Below, in pieces: positions 1 to 8,560 of a DNA stretch of 64,000 bases. The translations under genes and the position numbers were made by a program. This stretch comes from Acidobacteriota bacterium (GTDB taxonomy: Bacteria > Acidobacteriota > Thermoanaerobaculia > UBA5066 > Gp7-AA6): positions 13,439 through 77,438 of the forward strand of contig JBLMXY010000012.1 of the NCBI GenBank assembly GCA_050257975.1. Direction: 5' to 3'. How positions within the stretch are numbered: the stretch's first letter is position 1; every line of letters starts with the position of its first letter. Under the pieces are notes generated by a model, which saw only the letters and a program-made list of their open reading frames with translations, ran no database searches and had not been told where the DNA came from.

Positions 1-731
1 GATATCCGCACGGGGCGGCGGGGAAGTTCTTCTTCATGAAGGAGGCGCCCTCGCCGCGGCCGGACTGGATCGAGATCTGCTCGGTCCGGCACTCCTCGGG
101 CAAGGTCGTCCACTTTCCGATGATCCAGGACCCGGCGTCGCTGCTCTGGGTCGTCAATCTCGGCTGCATCGACTTGAACCAGTGGTACGCGCGCTGCGAC
201 GACCTGGATCGCCCCGACTACGTCCACTTCGACCTCGACCCGGTCCCCGGAGCGACCTTCACGATGGTGCGGCAGGCCGCCCTCGCTCTGCGTGCGGCCC
301 TCGGGGAGCTGCGCATGCCGGCCTACGCCAAGACGACCGGCTCCCGCGGCATCCACGTCTACGTCCCGATCGTCCGAGGCCCGACGCAGAGGGAAGTCTG
401 GGAGTTCGCGAAGTCGCTTGCCGTGCTCTGCGAGGCCCGCCACCCGAAGCTCCTGACGACGGAATACCGGGTCGCCGCGCGGCCCCGCGGCCGGGTGCTG
501 GTCGACTACAACCAGAACGCCTGGGGGCAGACGCTCGCCTCGATCTACTCCGTGCGCCCGACGCCCGGAGCCACCGTTTCGACCCCCGTCACCTGGAAGG
601 AGATCGAGCGCGGCGTCGAAATCGAGGACTTCCGCCTTCGAAACGTGCCCGCGCGGCTCCGGAAGGTCGGCGACCTGTGGAAGCCGCTGCTTTCCGCTCG
701 CGGGCGATTTCGGCTCGAAAAGTTCTTCTGA
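1..731 (+). CDS. ligD: LigD polymerase/primase domain (NHEJ PolDom), 5'-partial at window edge
   Basis: The translation has LigD-Pol hallmarks (YVHFDLDP, KTTGSRGIHVYVP, LVDYNQN). The frame is open back to nt 3 (YPHGAAGKFFF precedes the first Met), so the gene enters from outside the window. Confidence 0.8.
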   Translation, partial: YPHGAAGKFFFMKEAPSPRPDWIEICSVRHSSGKVVHFPMIQDPASLLWVVNLGCIDLNQWYARCDDLDRPDYVHFDLDPVPGATFTMVRQAALALRAALGELRMPAYAKTTGSRGIHVYVPIVRGPTQREVWEFAKSLAVLCEARHPKLLTTEYRVAARPRGRVLVDYNQNAWGQTLASIYSVRPTPGATVSTPVTWKEIERGVEIEDFRLRNVPARLRKVGDLWKPLLSARGRFRLEKFF

Positions 732-740
732 TTCGCCGTC

Positions 741-3700
741 CTACGGCAGGCCGAACGCCCTCGAGAGAAAGACCGCCATCTCTCCGCGGGTATTGGGGCG
801 GTCGGGGCAGTAGTTGCCTCCGCCGCAGCCGGTCGTGACCCCCTCGCGGGAAAGCTCCTCGATCCAGCGCGAAAAGGGGCTCGACACCGGCACGTCGCCA
901 AAGAGCCCGGTCGCGGCAGGGGGCGCATAGGAGCTGCCATGGACGGCCCGCAGCAGCAGGACGGCCTCGCTCGCGCGGTCGACGGGCTTGTCCGGGCAGT
1001 AGTTGCCGCCGCCGCACCCGCCCGTGATTCCTTCGCGGGAAAGCTCCTCGATCCACGCCGCCGCGAAGTCGCCCGGGGCGACGTCGCCGAAGATTCCGGT
1101 GGCCGGGGGGGGCGTGTAGGAAACGCCGTGAATTCCCCGCAGCAGGAAGACGGCCATCTGGGCGCGGGTGACCGGGACGTCCGGGCAGAAGTCGCCGCCT
1201 CCGCAGCCGGTCGTAATACCGGCGCGGAAGATCTTCTCGACGGCGCGGTGGAAGGGGTGCGCCCCCGGCACGTCGGAAAAATCCGCGAGGTACCCGCGCA
1301 CGAGAACGCCGCTCTGGCCGTCGGGGTTGCGGGTCACCACGTCGTTCAACGTCCCGGGGGGCAGCGGCGGCGTCATCGCCGAGATCTCGACGGGGACCGT
1401 CACGGTGATTTCCCCCGCGGGCGCGGCGCCGAGCCAGAGGCGAGCGCTGGGCTCGAAGTTCTGTCCGGTCACGTCGACCGCCGTCGAGCCGGCGGCGGGC
1501 CCCGAGGTCGGCGAAACCTCGGTGACCTCCGGAGCGCAGCGCTCGACCGGCATCGAGGCCGAGCCGTTCGCGGAGCAGCCGGCCGCCGTCCTCACCACGA
1601 CGCCGAGCGTCACGGGCCTGGCGACATCGGGGCCGACCGAGAAGCGGATTGCCGCCGTGCCCTGCCCCGAGGTGATCGTTCCGTTCCCGATCGACCAGTC
1701 GTACACGGCGCCCGATCCGGCGTCCGGCACGGAAGCGGAAAGCTCGGTCGCCATCAGGCAGACCGACGCGGGCCCCGTGATCACCGCCGACGGCGCCGGA
1801 TTGACGGTGGCCGCGGTCGTCGAGGGCGCCGACGGGCAGCCGCCGACGGTCGCAATCACCGTGTAGGTGCCCGATGCCGCCGGCGTCGCGCCCGGGATCG
1901 CGGGGTTCTGGAGAGTCGAGGCGAAGCCGTTGGGGCCCGTCCAGGAGTACGTGGCGCCGGCGACTGCGGAAGCGGTGAGCTGCAGCGTCTCCCCCTGGCA
2001 AACGGTTCCCGAGCTGGAGGCCGCCGGGGCCGCAGGCTTCGGCTTCACGGTCACCGTCGTCGTCGCGGTCGCCGAGGTGCAGCCATCGACCGTGACCGTG
2101 ACACTGTACTGGCCCGATGCCGCCGGGGTCGCGCTCGGGATCGTGGGGTTCTGGAGGCTCGAGGCGAAGCCGTTGGGGCCCGTCCAGGAGTAGGTCGCGC
2201 CGGCGACGGCGGAAGCGGTCAGCTGCAGCGTCTCGCCCTCGCAGACCGGACCGTTGCTCCCCGCCGTCGGAGCCGCGGGAATCGCCTTCACGGCCGTCAA
2301 GACGGAGGCTCCGTTGTTCGAGGCGTTCGGGTCGCTCGTCGCCGCCGACACGGTGACCGAGGCCGTGGCCTGGCCGGGGGCCGTTGGCGCCGTGAGCGAG
2401 ATCGTGATGGGCGGCGCGGCGCCGACGGAAAGCTGCGGCCGGGTGCAGACCACGGTGGCCGATCCGGAGCAGGTCCAGCCGTCCCCCGACGCGGCGACGA
2501 GCGCGGCGCCGGCGGGAAGGGTCGCCGACACCGAAACCGAGGAGGCGGCGGTGGGGCCGGCGTTCTGCACGGTCAGCGTGTAGGCGAGCGGCTTCCCGAC
2601 GCAGACCTGCGCCTCCCCGTCCGCCGAGAGCGAGAGGTCGGCGGCGGTGTAGGTCGCCGTGTAGGTGACGGCGGAAGCGCCGGCCGTCACGGCGTGGCTC
2701 GCCGCGCCGCCGTCGGACCAGGCGACGAACTGGTAGGGCGTTGCTCCCAGCGTCTGGGGCGAAGGAGCGGCGATTCCGAGAGTCGCGCCCACGATCGCCG
2801 TCTGCGTGAAGGGCGTGGTCCCGCCTCCCGTTCCGACCGCCAGCTGCATGCCAGGCGGGCTCGACGCGAAGGAGAGCGCCACGGTCTGCGGATCCAAGCG
2901 GACGCTCGCGGTCCCGGTCAGGCCGCCCGAGTCCCTGGCCGAGAGCTGCAGCTCGAGATACGACGGGTACTCGTGGTCGGGCGCGGAGAAGGAGCCGCTC
3001 GCGACACCCGGGAACGTCTGGAGCGTGTGCGTGTGACAGTTGGACGGGCAGTGATGGAGGATGACCGTCCACGTCAGCGCCGAGGCGGGGATCGTTCCGT
3101 CCAGGGCGTCCGTGGCGTGGCCCGAAAAGCCGATCGCGTCGCCGACCTTCCAGGCGAGTGTCGGCGCCGGGGTGTCGATCGTGACGGCCGGCGGCAAGTC
3201 GCTGGCGACGATCGTCAAGGGGTCCGACAGCGTCGAGACCCCGTGGTTGTCGGTCACGCGCAGCCGCGCGGTGTAGCTGCCGGGCTGGGCGTAGAGGAAG
3301 GTGGGCTGCGGGTCGGTCGACTCGTCGTAGTTGCCGTCCCCGTTCAAGTCCCAGGCGAAGCCGATGGTGTCGCCCTCCTGCGCCGGCGCGGACTCCGTGC
3401 CGTCGAAGTGAACGGTCAGGGGAGCGGGCCCGGAGGAGGGGTCGGCATGGGCCACCGCGGTCGGCGCGAAGTACTGGATGCGCCGGATCGTCCCCGTCCC
3501 CTGGTCCGCGTAGTAGAGGTCGCCGCCCGGCCCGGTCTGCAGGTCCACGGGAGTCGCGGCGCCGGCGATGAAGGTCGCGCGGGTGGAGGGGTCGGGACCG
3601 CCGCCCGCCCCCGGGAACATGACCCACACGCAGCGGCGGGAGTAGTCGGAGAAGAAGAGCGCCCCGTCGTAATTCTCGGGATAGCTGCCACCCTCGTAGA

Positions 3701-4859
3701 AGGCGAGGCCCGAGATCGAGGAGCTGCCCGTGGGGCACGATTCGCCGGAGACGACCCTGTCGCTGTGCTTGTAGGTGAAGAACGGCGCGGTCGCGCCGCT
3801 CGGAGGGCCGTAGAGATTTTCGCAGAGAGTCAGGCTCGCGGCCGCGTAGCCGGACTGCTTGCCGGCGCCCTCGTAGCAGGGCCAGCCGAAGTTTGGCACC
3901 GTGCCTCCGGTCGGGTCGGCAATGCGGTCGATTTCCTCCCACGTGCTCCAGCCGACGTCCCCGATCCAGAGGGAACCGGTGCCGGGCTGGATCGTGAAGC
4001 GGAAGGGATTGCGCAGGCCGCTCGCGATGATGCGCCGCGCGATCTCGTCGCTGCTTCCGGAGAGAGGGTTGTCGGCCTTCGGGTTGCCGTCGTCATCCAC
4101 GCGGAGGATGGCGCCGTTGGCCACCGCCGGACCGCCCTCGACGCGCAGGAGGCTCTGGCTGCGAAGCGCTCCCCCCTCGGCCGCGGGAGGAGTCTGGGCG
4201 CCTCCCACCGGAACGGGCGGGTCGCCCAGCGGGTTGACGGGGCTGCCGTACTGGCCGTAATCGACGTTGTTGAAGCTCGCCCCGTCCCCGCCGCTGACGT
4301 AGAGCGCGCCGTCCGGGCCGAAGCGGAGGTCCCCGACCGAGTGGCTGGGGAACTGCTGGCCCCAGGCTTCGAGCAGAACCTCCTCCGTCCCGGTCATGTG
4401 GTTGCCGGCCGCGGTCAGGCGGGAGAGGCGGCCGCTGATCACGCAGCCGTTTGTCGTGGCGCCGGGCGGGCTGGGACACGTGTCGTTCCAGGTGGGCGCC
4501 GTGCCCCCGATCGGCGCGTCGTAGCTGTACAACGCGTAGACGTACGGCGTCGTCGGAAAATTGGGATGGAGGGCCAGGCTGAGCAGCCCCCGGTCCCAGT
4601 AGTCGTCCACTTCCGTGCGCAGGTCCGCGAAGATGGTCGGGGCCGGAGAGGAGAGGCTGTCGAAGACCTTGATGAGGCCGCTCTTTTCGGCGACGAAGAT
4701 TCTTCCGTCCGGCGAGAAGCGGACCGCCGTGGGGCGGGTCAGGCCGGAGAAGACGATCGTCTCCTGGAACCCGGGCGGCAGCGTCGCGGCGCTCGCCCTG
4801 GCCGCCTCCAGAAAGGCGAGCAGGGTGGCCGCCGCGGTAATCGTGCGGCGCAGACGCAT
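741..4859 (-). CDS. Secreted multidomain protein: PQQ-type glucose/sorbosone dehydrogenase beta-propeller + PKD + DUF11-like + 2 Ig-like repeats + IPT/TIG + 3 SLH-like repeats
   Basis: Signal peptide MRLRRTITAAATLLAFLEAARASA. SGDH-like motifs are present (RPTAVRFSPDGRIFVAEKSGLIKVF, HSVGDLRFGPDGALYVSGGDG, GLRNPFRF). A PKD-like segment follows (YTARLRVTDNHG), then two near-identical 81-aa repeats, an IPT-like EVSPTSGPAAGSTAVDVTGQNF, and three C-terminal ~61-aa repeats with GITTGCGGGxxCPD...R.QMAVFL. Confidence 0.85.
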   Translation of the reverse strand: MRLRRTITAAATLLAFLEAARASAATLPPGFQETIVFSGLTRPTAVRFSPDGRIFVAEKSGLIKVFDSLSSPAPTIFADLRTEVDDYWDRGLLSLALHPNFPTTPYVYALYSYDAPIGGTAPTWNDTCPSPPGATTNGCVISGRLSRLTAAGNHMTGTEEVLLEAWGQQFPSHSVGDLRFGPDGALYVSGGDGASFNNVDYGQYGSPVNPLGDPPVPVGGAQTPPAAEGGALRSQSLLRVEGGPAVANGAILRVDDDGNPKADNPLSGSSDEIARRIIASGLRNPFRFTIQPGTGSLWIGDVGWSTWEEIDRIADPTGGTVPNFGWPCYEGAGKQSGYAAASLTLCENLYGPPSGATAPFFTYKHSDRVVSGESCPTGSSSISGLAFYEGGSYPENYDGALFFSDYSRRCVWVMFPGAGGGPDPSTRATFIAGAATPVDLQTGPGGDLYYADQGTGTIRRIQYFAPTAVAHADPSSGPAPLTVHFDGTESAPAQEGDTIGFAWDLNGDGNYDESTDPQPTFLYAQPGSYTARLRVTDNHGVSTLSDPLTIVASDLPPAVTIDTPAPTLAWKVGDAIGFSGHATDALDGTIPASALTWTVILHHCPSNCHTHTLQTFPGVASGSFSAPDHEYPSYLELQLSARDSGGLTGTASVRLDPQTVALSFASSPPGMQLAVGTGGGTTPFTQTAIVGATLGIAAPSPQTLGATPYQFVAWSDGGAASHAVTAGASAVTYTATYTAADLSLSADGEAQVCVGKPLAYTLTVQNAGPTAASSVSVSATLPAGAALVAASGDGWTCSGSATVVCTRPQLSVGAAPPITISLTAPTAPGQATASVTVSAATSDPNASNNGASVLTAVKAIPAAPTAGSNGPVCEGETLQLTASAVAGATYSWTGPNGFASSLQNPTIPSATPAASGQYSVTVTVDGCTSATATTTVTVKPKPAAPAASSSGTVCQGETLQLTASAVAGATYSWTGPNGFASTLQNPAIPGATPAASGTYTVIATVGGCPSAPSTTAATVNPAPSAVITGPASVCLMATELSASVPDAGSGAVYDWSIGNGTITSGQGTAAIRFSVGPDVARPVTLGVVVRTAAGCSANGSASMPVERCAPEVTEVSPTSGPAAGSTAVDVTGQNFEPSARLWLGAAPAGEITVTVPVEISAMTPPLPPGTLNDVVTRNPDGQSGVLVRGYLADFSDVPGAHPFHRAVEKIFRAGITTGCGGGDFCPDVPVTRAQMAVFLLRGIHGVSYTPPPATGIFGDVAPGDFAAAWIEELSREGITGGCGGGNYCPDKPVDRASEAVLLLRAVHGSSYAPPAATGLFGDVPVSSPFSRWIEELSREGVTTGCGGGNYCPDRPNTRGEMAVFLSRAFGLP

Positions 4860-4964
4860 TCGCTCTGCGAGATCCCCTTTCCTTTCGTCCGGGCGTAGCG
4901 CAGTCCGCGACGCCGGAGTCTGTCCAGTTTTTGACGGGTTCCCCGCGGAACCGAAACCAAGATT

Positions 4965-5660
4965 CTACCCTGCGCCGCCGGGGTCGGGATCGGGAAATCG
5001 GCCGCCGGTCGGCCCCGGGAGCCGCGAGAGCGTTTCCTCGAGGCTGGCGCGGGAGGCCGCGAGGCCCTCTTCGAGCCGGTGGCGCTGCCGGATTGCCACG
5101 GCTTCCCGCAGCGCCGAGGCGCTCGCCGCCAGATGCTCCGCCGAGCGCGCGGGGTCGAGCCCGGCGAGGCGCCGGAGGACGGATCCCAGGTTGTGCATCG
5201 TCACGCCGCGAGCGATCTCGCGCTCGGGAGTGCGCCACTCGAGCGCTTCGTCGAAGAGGGCCACGGCCTCCTCGATCTCCGATGCGGTCGTCCCGAGATT
5301 GCCGATCGCGGTCGCCAGATTGTGGAGCGCCCGGGCGCGCCAGCCGTCCTCGGCGTGACTCGAGAAGTGCTCGAGCGCGCGCTCGTAACAGCGGCGCGCG
5401 CGGCCGAGATCGGCGGCGGGACCGGGGCTTCCGAAGAAGACCCCGACGTTGTGGAGGAACCGGGCGCGGTCTTCCGGCGATTCGAAGGCGAGCCCGGGAA
5501 GGATTTCCCAGAGGTCGTCGGCCATCGCGCGCGCGGTCTCGACGTCTCCCTGCCCGCGGAGTCCCTCCTGGGCGCGGAACCACTCGCGGTAGGCGGCCGT
5601 GGGGGAATCGCGAAAGGCCTCGCGAAAGTGTCCGGCGAGGCGCGCCGCTCCTTCCTCCAC
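4965..5660 (-). CDS. TPR-like helical-repeat hypothetical protein
   Basis: 231-aa ORF with a GTG start 13 nt after the upstream stop. It has repeated ..A..YE.AL../..HNLG.. helical-hairpin patterns (ARALHNLATAIGNLG, GVTMHNLGSVLRRL). No enzymatic motif was recognised. Confidence 0.6.
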   Translation of the reverse strand: MEEGAARLAGHFREAFRDSPTAAYREWFRAQEGLRGQGDVETARAMADDLWEILPGLAFESPEDRARFLHNVGVFFGSPGPAADLGRARRCYERALEHFSSHAEDGWRARALHNLATAIGNLGTTASEIEEAVALFDEALEWRTPEREIARGVTMHNLGSVLRRLAGLDPARSAEHLAASASALREAVAIRQRHRLEEGLAASRASLEETLSRLPGPTGGRFPDPDPGGAG

Positions 5661-5673
5661 GGGCGCCCTTTCG

Positions 5674-6609
5674 TCAGCCGCGGGGCGCCGGCGTCGGCGT
5701 GGGAGTGTCCTCCTCGTAGTAGACGCCCGGCTTGTGGGTCGGGGAGGGCTTTGCAGCGCGCTCCCCGGCGGCCGGCCGGGGCCTGTAGGTCGGGCGCGGC
5801 GTCGCGGTGGGAGGCGAAGTCGGCGTCGGCCTCTCGGGGGTGGCCGTCGGCGTCTCCGTCGGAGTCGCGGTCGGAGTTGGAGTCGGCGTGACGGTCGGCG
5901 TCGGTGTGCTCGTGATGACCCGCGCCGTCCTGGTCAGAGCCGCAGCCTGCTTCTTGTTGGGCGTCGGCGGGATCCTCTGCCCGTAGATGACGACGGGCTT
6001 TTTCGCCGCGGCCGTCGGAGCCGCCGGTGCGGCGGGCGGGGCTGCAGCCCGCGGCGGCGGACTCGTCGGCGCCGCGGCGACCGGGCGCGGTGGCGGAGCC
6101 TGGGTCGCCGTCGGGGGAGGCGCCGCCGTCGCCGCGGGGCGAGTCGGCGGGATCGCGGTCGGCGCAGGGGGCGCGGCTGCCGTGGGGCGCGCGGGCGCGG
6201 TGGCGGTCGCCGGCGGGCGAGGGGCGCTCGTCGGAGGCGGCGGCGCCGCGGGCCTTGGCGCGGGCGGCTCCGTCGGCCTGGCGGTCGCCACAGGCGCGGC
6301 CGTGGTCGGAACGGGCGAGGGCGCCGCGGCAACGGCGGCCGGGGCTGGAGGAGCGGTGGCTCGAGGAGCGGTCGCCGGAGGAGCAGTCGCGGGTGGAGCG
6401 GTCACTGGAGGAGCGGTCGCGGGAGGCGGGGTCTTTGCCGGAGAGGGAGCCTGAGTCGCCTTCCCGGGAGCCTTCGTCGGCGTCGCCGGCTGGGCCCCCG
6501 CGGCGGGAGCGGGCGTGACCAGCCGCGCCACGATGACCTGAGTCGGGTGGCAGGACGCCAATGCCAAGGAGAGCCCGGTCAGGAGGAGCGCCGGCGCAAG
6601 CCTTCTCAT
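5674..6609 (-). CDS. Pro/Ala/Thr-rich lipoprotein (low complexity)
   Basis: The N-terminus MRRLAPALLLTGLSLALASC has a lipobox (LASC). The rest is a PAPT-rich disordered sequence, and the gene sits in line with the flanking minus-strand genes. The extreme composition makes the frame call less certain. Confidence 0.5.
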   Translation of the reverse strand: MRRLAPALLLTGLSLALASCHPTQVIVARLVTPAPAAGAQPATPTKAPGKATQAPSPAKTPPPATAPPVTAPPATAPPATAPRATAPPAPAAVAAAPSPVPTTAAPVATARPTEPPAPRPAAPPPPTSAPRPPATATAPARPTAAAPPAPTAIPPTRPAATAAPPPTATQAPPPRPVAAAPTSPPPRAAAPPAAPAAPTAAAKKPVVIYGQRIPPTPNKKQAAALTRTARVITSTPTPTVTPTPTPTATPTETPTATPERPTPTSPPTATPRPTYRPRPAAGERAAKPSPTHKPGVYYEEDTPTPTPAPRG

Positions 6610-6667
6610 CGCTTCAGACGCGCAGCATATCTCGTGTCTACGGGATCAAGCGGCCGCGGGAGGCCGG

Positions 6668-7771
6668 CTACTCGCGGAAGTAGCCGTGAAGATTTCGCAG
6701 AGCCTGGCGGTCGATCTTGCGGCGGCGCACGGATTCGCGCAGCAGGGACAGCGCGGCGAACCCCTCGGGCACCATCTGCTCCTCGTCGATGATGGGCAGA
6801 GCGGCGCGGACCTCCCATTCGGCTTGCGCCTCCTGGCCCACCTGGAGCAGCGAGTCGGCGAGCACCAGGTGGATCGCCGCGGCGTCTCCCCGCATGCCGA
6901 CCTGCTCGGCTTCCCGGACCGCTTCGCGGTAGGCGTCGACGGCCTGGGCCGTCTTGCCCTGTTCGCGCAGGATGTCGCCCACGCACCAGCGGAGCTTGAC
7001 CAGTCCCACCTGGCTGCGAGCGCGCTTGAGAAGGTCGAGCGCCTCCTGCGCGTACAGGAGCGCGCGCTCCGAATCGCCCTGGAGGCGGTGCAGCTGCGCC
7101 AGATTGTTCGCCGCCGGGGCGAGGAGCCTGATGTGGTCGCCCGAGCGGGCTTCCTCGTAGATCTCGAGGAACGCCTCGGACGCAGCGGGCAGGTCGCCCA
7201 CTTCGCGGCATGCGATGCCTTCCAGGAAGCGGTACTTCAAGGCCTCCTCGAAGAGACCGAGCTTGCGCGAGGTCTCGGACCACTCGGGCGCGAGCTCCCG
7301 CACCTCCTCGAAGCGCCGTTCCTCCATGGCCAGGGCGAGCCTCTGGTACGCCAGGCGCGCGAAGTGGGTGCTGGCGTTGGCCACCCGAACGAAGCTCGAT
7401 TCGGACCGGTCGAACCAGCGCCGGGCGTCTTCCCGGCGGAACAGAATGCGGTTGGCGCCTCCGGCGAGAAGCGCGAGCTCTCCCAGGAAGTAGTCCCGCT
7501 CGTCGAATTCCCCGATCTTGCGAGCGGGGCGCGCCAGGAATCGGTAGAAAAACTCCGCTTCCTCGCCGACCGCGGCGGGATCGGTCTCGATGCGCTCCCG
7601 GAGGGCTCCGCACAGGGCGAGCAGGACCTCGGGGTGCTCGAGCCGGAGATCCTTGGCAAGAGCGGCGCGCTCGGAAATCGGGACCCGAAGTGCGCGCTCG
7701 GCCGCGGCGCGTCCTTCGTGAACGGAGAGGCTTTCCTGGAGGGAAGGAAACCGAAGGACCTCGCCCCTCAC
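6668..7771 (-). CDS. TPR-repeat protein
   Basis: 367-aa ORF whose C-terminal half has clear TPR-like repeats (NNLAQLHRLQGDSERALLYAQEALDL, GDILREQGKTAQAVDAYREAV). The GTG start overlaps the upstream stop (GTGA), which implies translational coupling. Confidence 0.7.
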   Translation of the reverse strand: MRGEVLRFPSLQESLSVHEGRAAAERALRVPISERAALAKDLRLEHPEVLLALCGALRERIETDPAAVGEEAEFFYRFLARPARKIGEFDERDYFLGELALLAGGANRILFRREDARRWFDRSESSFVRVANASTHFARLAYQRLALAMEERRFEEVRELAPEWSETSRKLGLFEEALKYRFLEGIACREVGDLPAASEAFLEIYEEARSGDHIRLLAPAANNLAQLHRLQGDSERALLYAQEALDLLKRARSQVGLVKLRWCVGDILREQGKTAQAVDAYREAVREAEQVGMRGDAAAIHLVLADSLLQVGQEAQAEWEVRAALPIIDEEQMVPEGFAALSLLRESVRRRKIDRQALRNLHGYFRE

Positions 7772-8148
7772 GATTCGTCCTCCGCCGCGGGTCCCGCCGC
7801 TTTCGGCTTGTCGAGGCCGCGTTCGATCTCGATGGCGATCACCTCCGGCCCGAGCGTCAGGGACCGCTTCAGGCGCTCGTCTTCCGCGAGCAGGTCTTCG
7901 ATTTTCGAGACCGAGTACACGTGCCCCGCCCGGCAGGCCATCAGCAAGAGCTCCGAGCGAAGCGATTCCGGGCTTCGGCTTCCCGGCCGGCGGCAGAAAC
8001 GCTGGAACCAGTCGTAGAGACGCTGCTCGACTTCGGAGGCCGCCTTCGGGGGGAGCCGATAGTTGGTGACCAGCGCCTTTTCGATCAGCGGCAGGATCTG
8101 CCCGAAGACCGTAGCGGCCTCCTTGTTCCCGGTGAACGGCAAAGACAT
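7768..8148 (-). CDS. Hypothetical 126-aa protein (start chosen at internal ATG of the 220-aa track ORF)
   Basis: The sequence from MSLPFTGNKEAATVFGQILPLIEKAL... onward looks like normal protein. The upstream 94 codons of the track ORF are Arg/Ser-rich junk. The stop overlaps the start of the TPR gene. Confidence 0.5.
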   Translation of the reverse strand: MSLPFTGNKEAATVFGQILPLIEKALVTNYRLPPKAASEVEQRLYDWFQRFCRRPGSRSPESLRSELLLMACRAGHVYSVSKIEDLLAEDERLKRSLTLGPEVIAIEIERGLDKPKAAGPAAEDES

Positions 8149-8242
8149 GGAGCTCACCCGGCTCCTTCCGGATGAAGTCCAGATCTTGGTCGGGCGCTTC
8201 GGGCGTCCGAGACGCGTTGAAAGTAGCGCAAGACTGGCTTGC

Positions 8243-8362
8243 TCAGAACGGGATGTGGCTCTGAACCTTGATCGGGAACGGCTTTTCCTCCGGCTTCGGA
8301 ACCGGTCTCCGCTCGGGCTGACGCGCCGGAGCCTGCGCGGTCTGAGTGGAAGTCGAAACCAT
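8243..8362 (-). CDS. Candidate 39-aa Pro/Lys/Glu-rich small ORF
   Basis: The minus strand reads ATG GTT TCG ... TTC TGA = MVSTSTQTAQAPARQPERRPVPKPEEKPFPIKVQSHIPF. It is preceded by GAAAGGAG with an 8-nt spacer, and third codon positions are mostly G/C. It is not in the ORF track as a separate entry (it lies in another frame of 8154..8456). Confidence 0.35.
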   Translation of the reverse strand: MVSTSTQTAQAPARQPERRPVPKPEEKPFPIKVQSHIPF

Positions 8363-8382
8363 GACTCGATCTCCTTTCGCCC

Positions 8383-8408
8383 AAAAAAAATCCCCGGATA
8401 CCCCGGGG
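8383..8408 (-). terminator. Intrinsic-terminator-like hairpin (CCCCGG-GGTAT-CCGGGG) + A + U8
   Basis: The minus strand reads CCCCGGGGTATCCGGGGATTTTTTTT. It lies 150 nt downstream of thyX and 20 nt upstream of the small-ORF start. Confidence 0.55.
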
Positions 8409-8451
8409 TGACGACGATCTTCGGACCCACCCGCGAAAAAAATCTGTCGAA

Positions 8452-8478
8452 ATCATACGCCTTTCTGTGTCATGTCAA
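8452..8478 (-). promoter_or_regulatory. Candidate sigma70-type promoter (TTGACA-15nt-TATGAT)
   Basis: On the minus strand TTGACA sits at 8478..8473 and TATGAT at 8457..8452. The hexamers are near-consensus but the 15-nt spacer is short. Confidence 0.3.
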
Positions 8479-8560
8479 GCCAAATTTTGGCAGGGCCCGG
8501 CGGCTGGAAATCGGAACAAGGAAGGTCTTTTGTTTCAATTACTTGAGTCCCGGGGGACGG

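Noticed and set aside
589-4898. Very long ORFs 589..3942 (-, 1117 aa) and 939..4898 (+, 1319 aa) overlapping the 1372-aa surface-protein gene.
   Set aside because: Their translations are Arg/Gly/Pro/Asp low-complexity strings with no motifs. The 741..4859 frame carries a signal peptide and several recognisable domains. These are typical alternative-frame or antisense open frames of a very GC-rich genome.
5599-6792. 397-aa Arg/Gly-rich plus-strand ORF opposite the Pro/Ala/Thr-rich lipoprotein call.
   Set aside because: The GC-rich triplet repeats are open in several frames. The minus frame was preferred because it alone begins with a signal peptide plus lipobox and fits the operon spacing. 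The call still remains composition-biased, so its confidence is only moderate.
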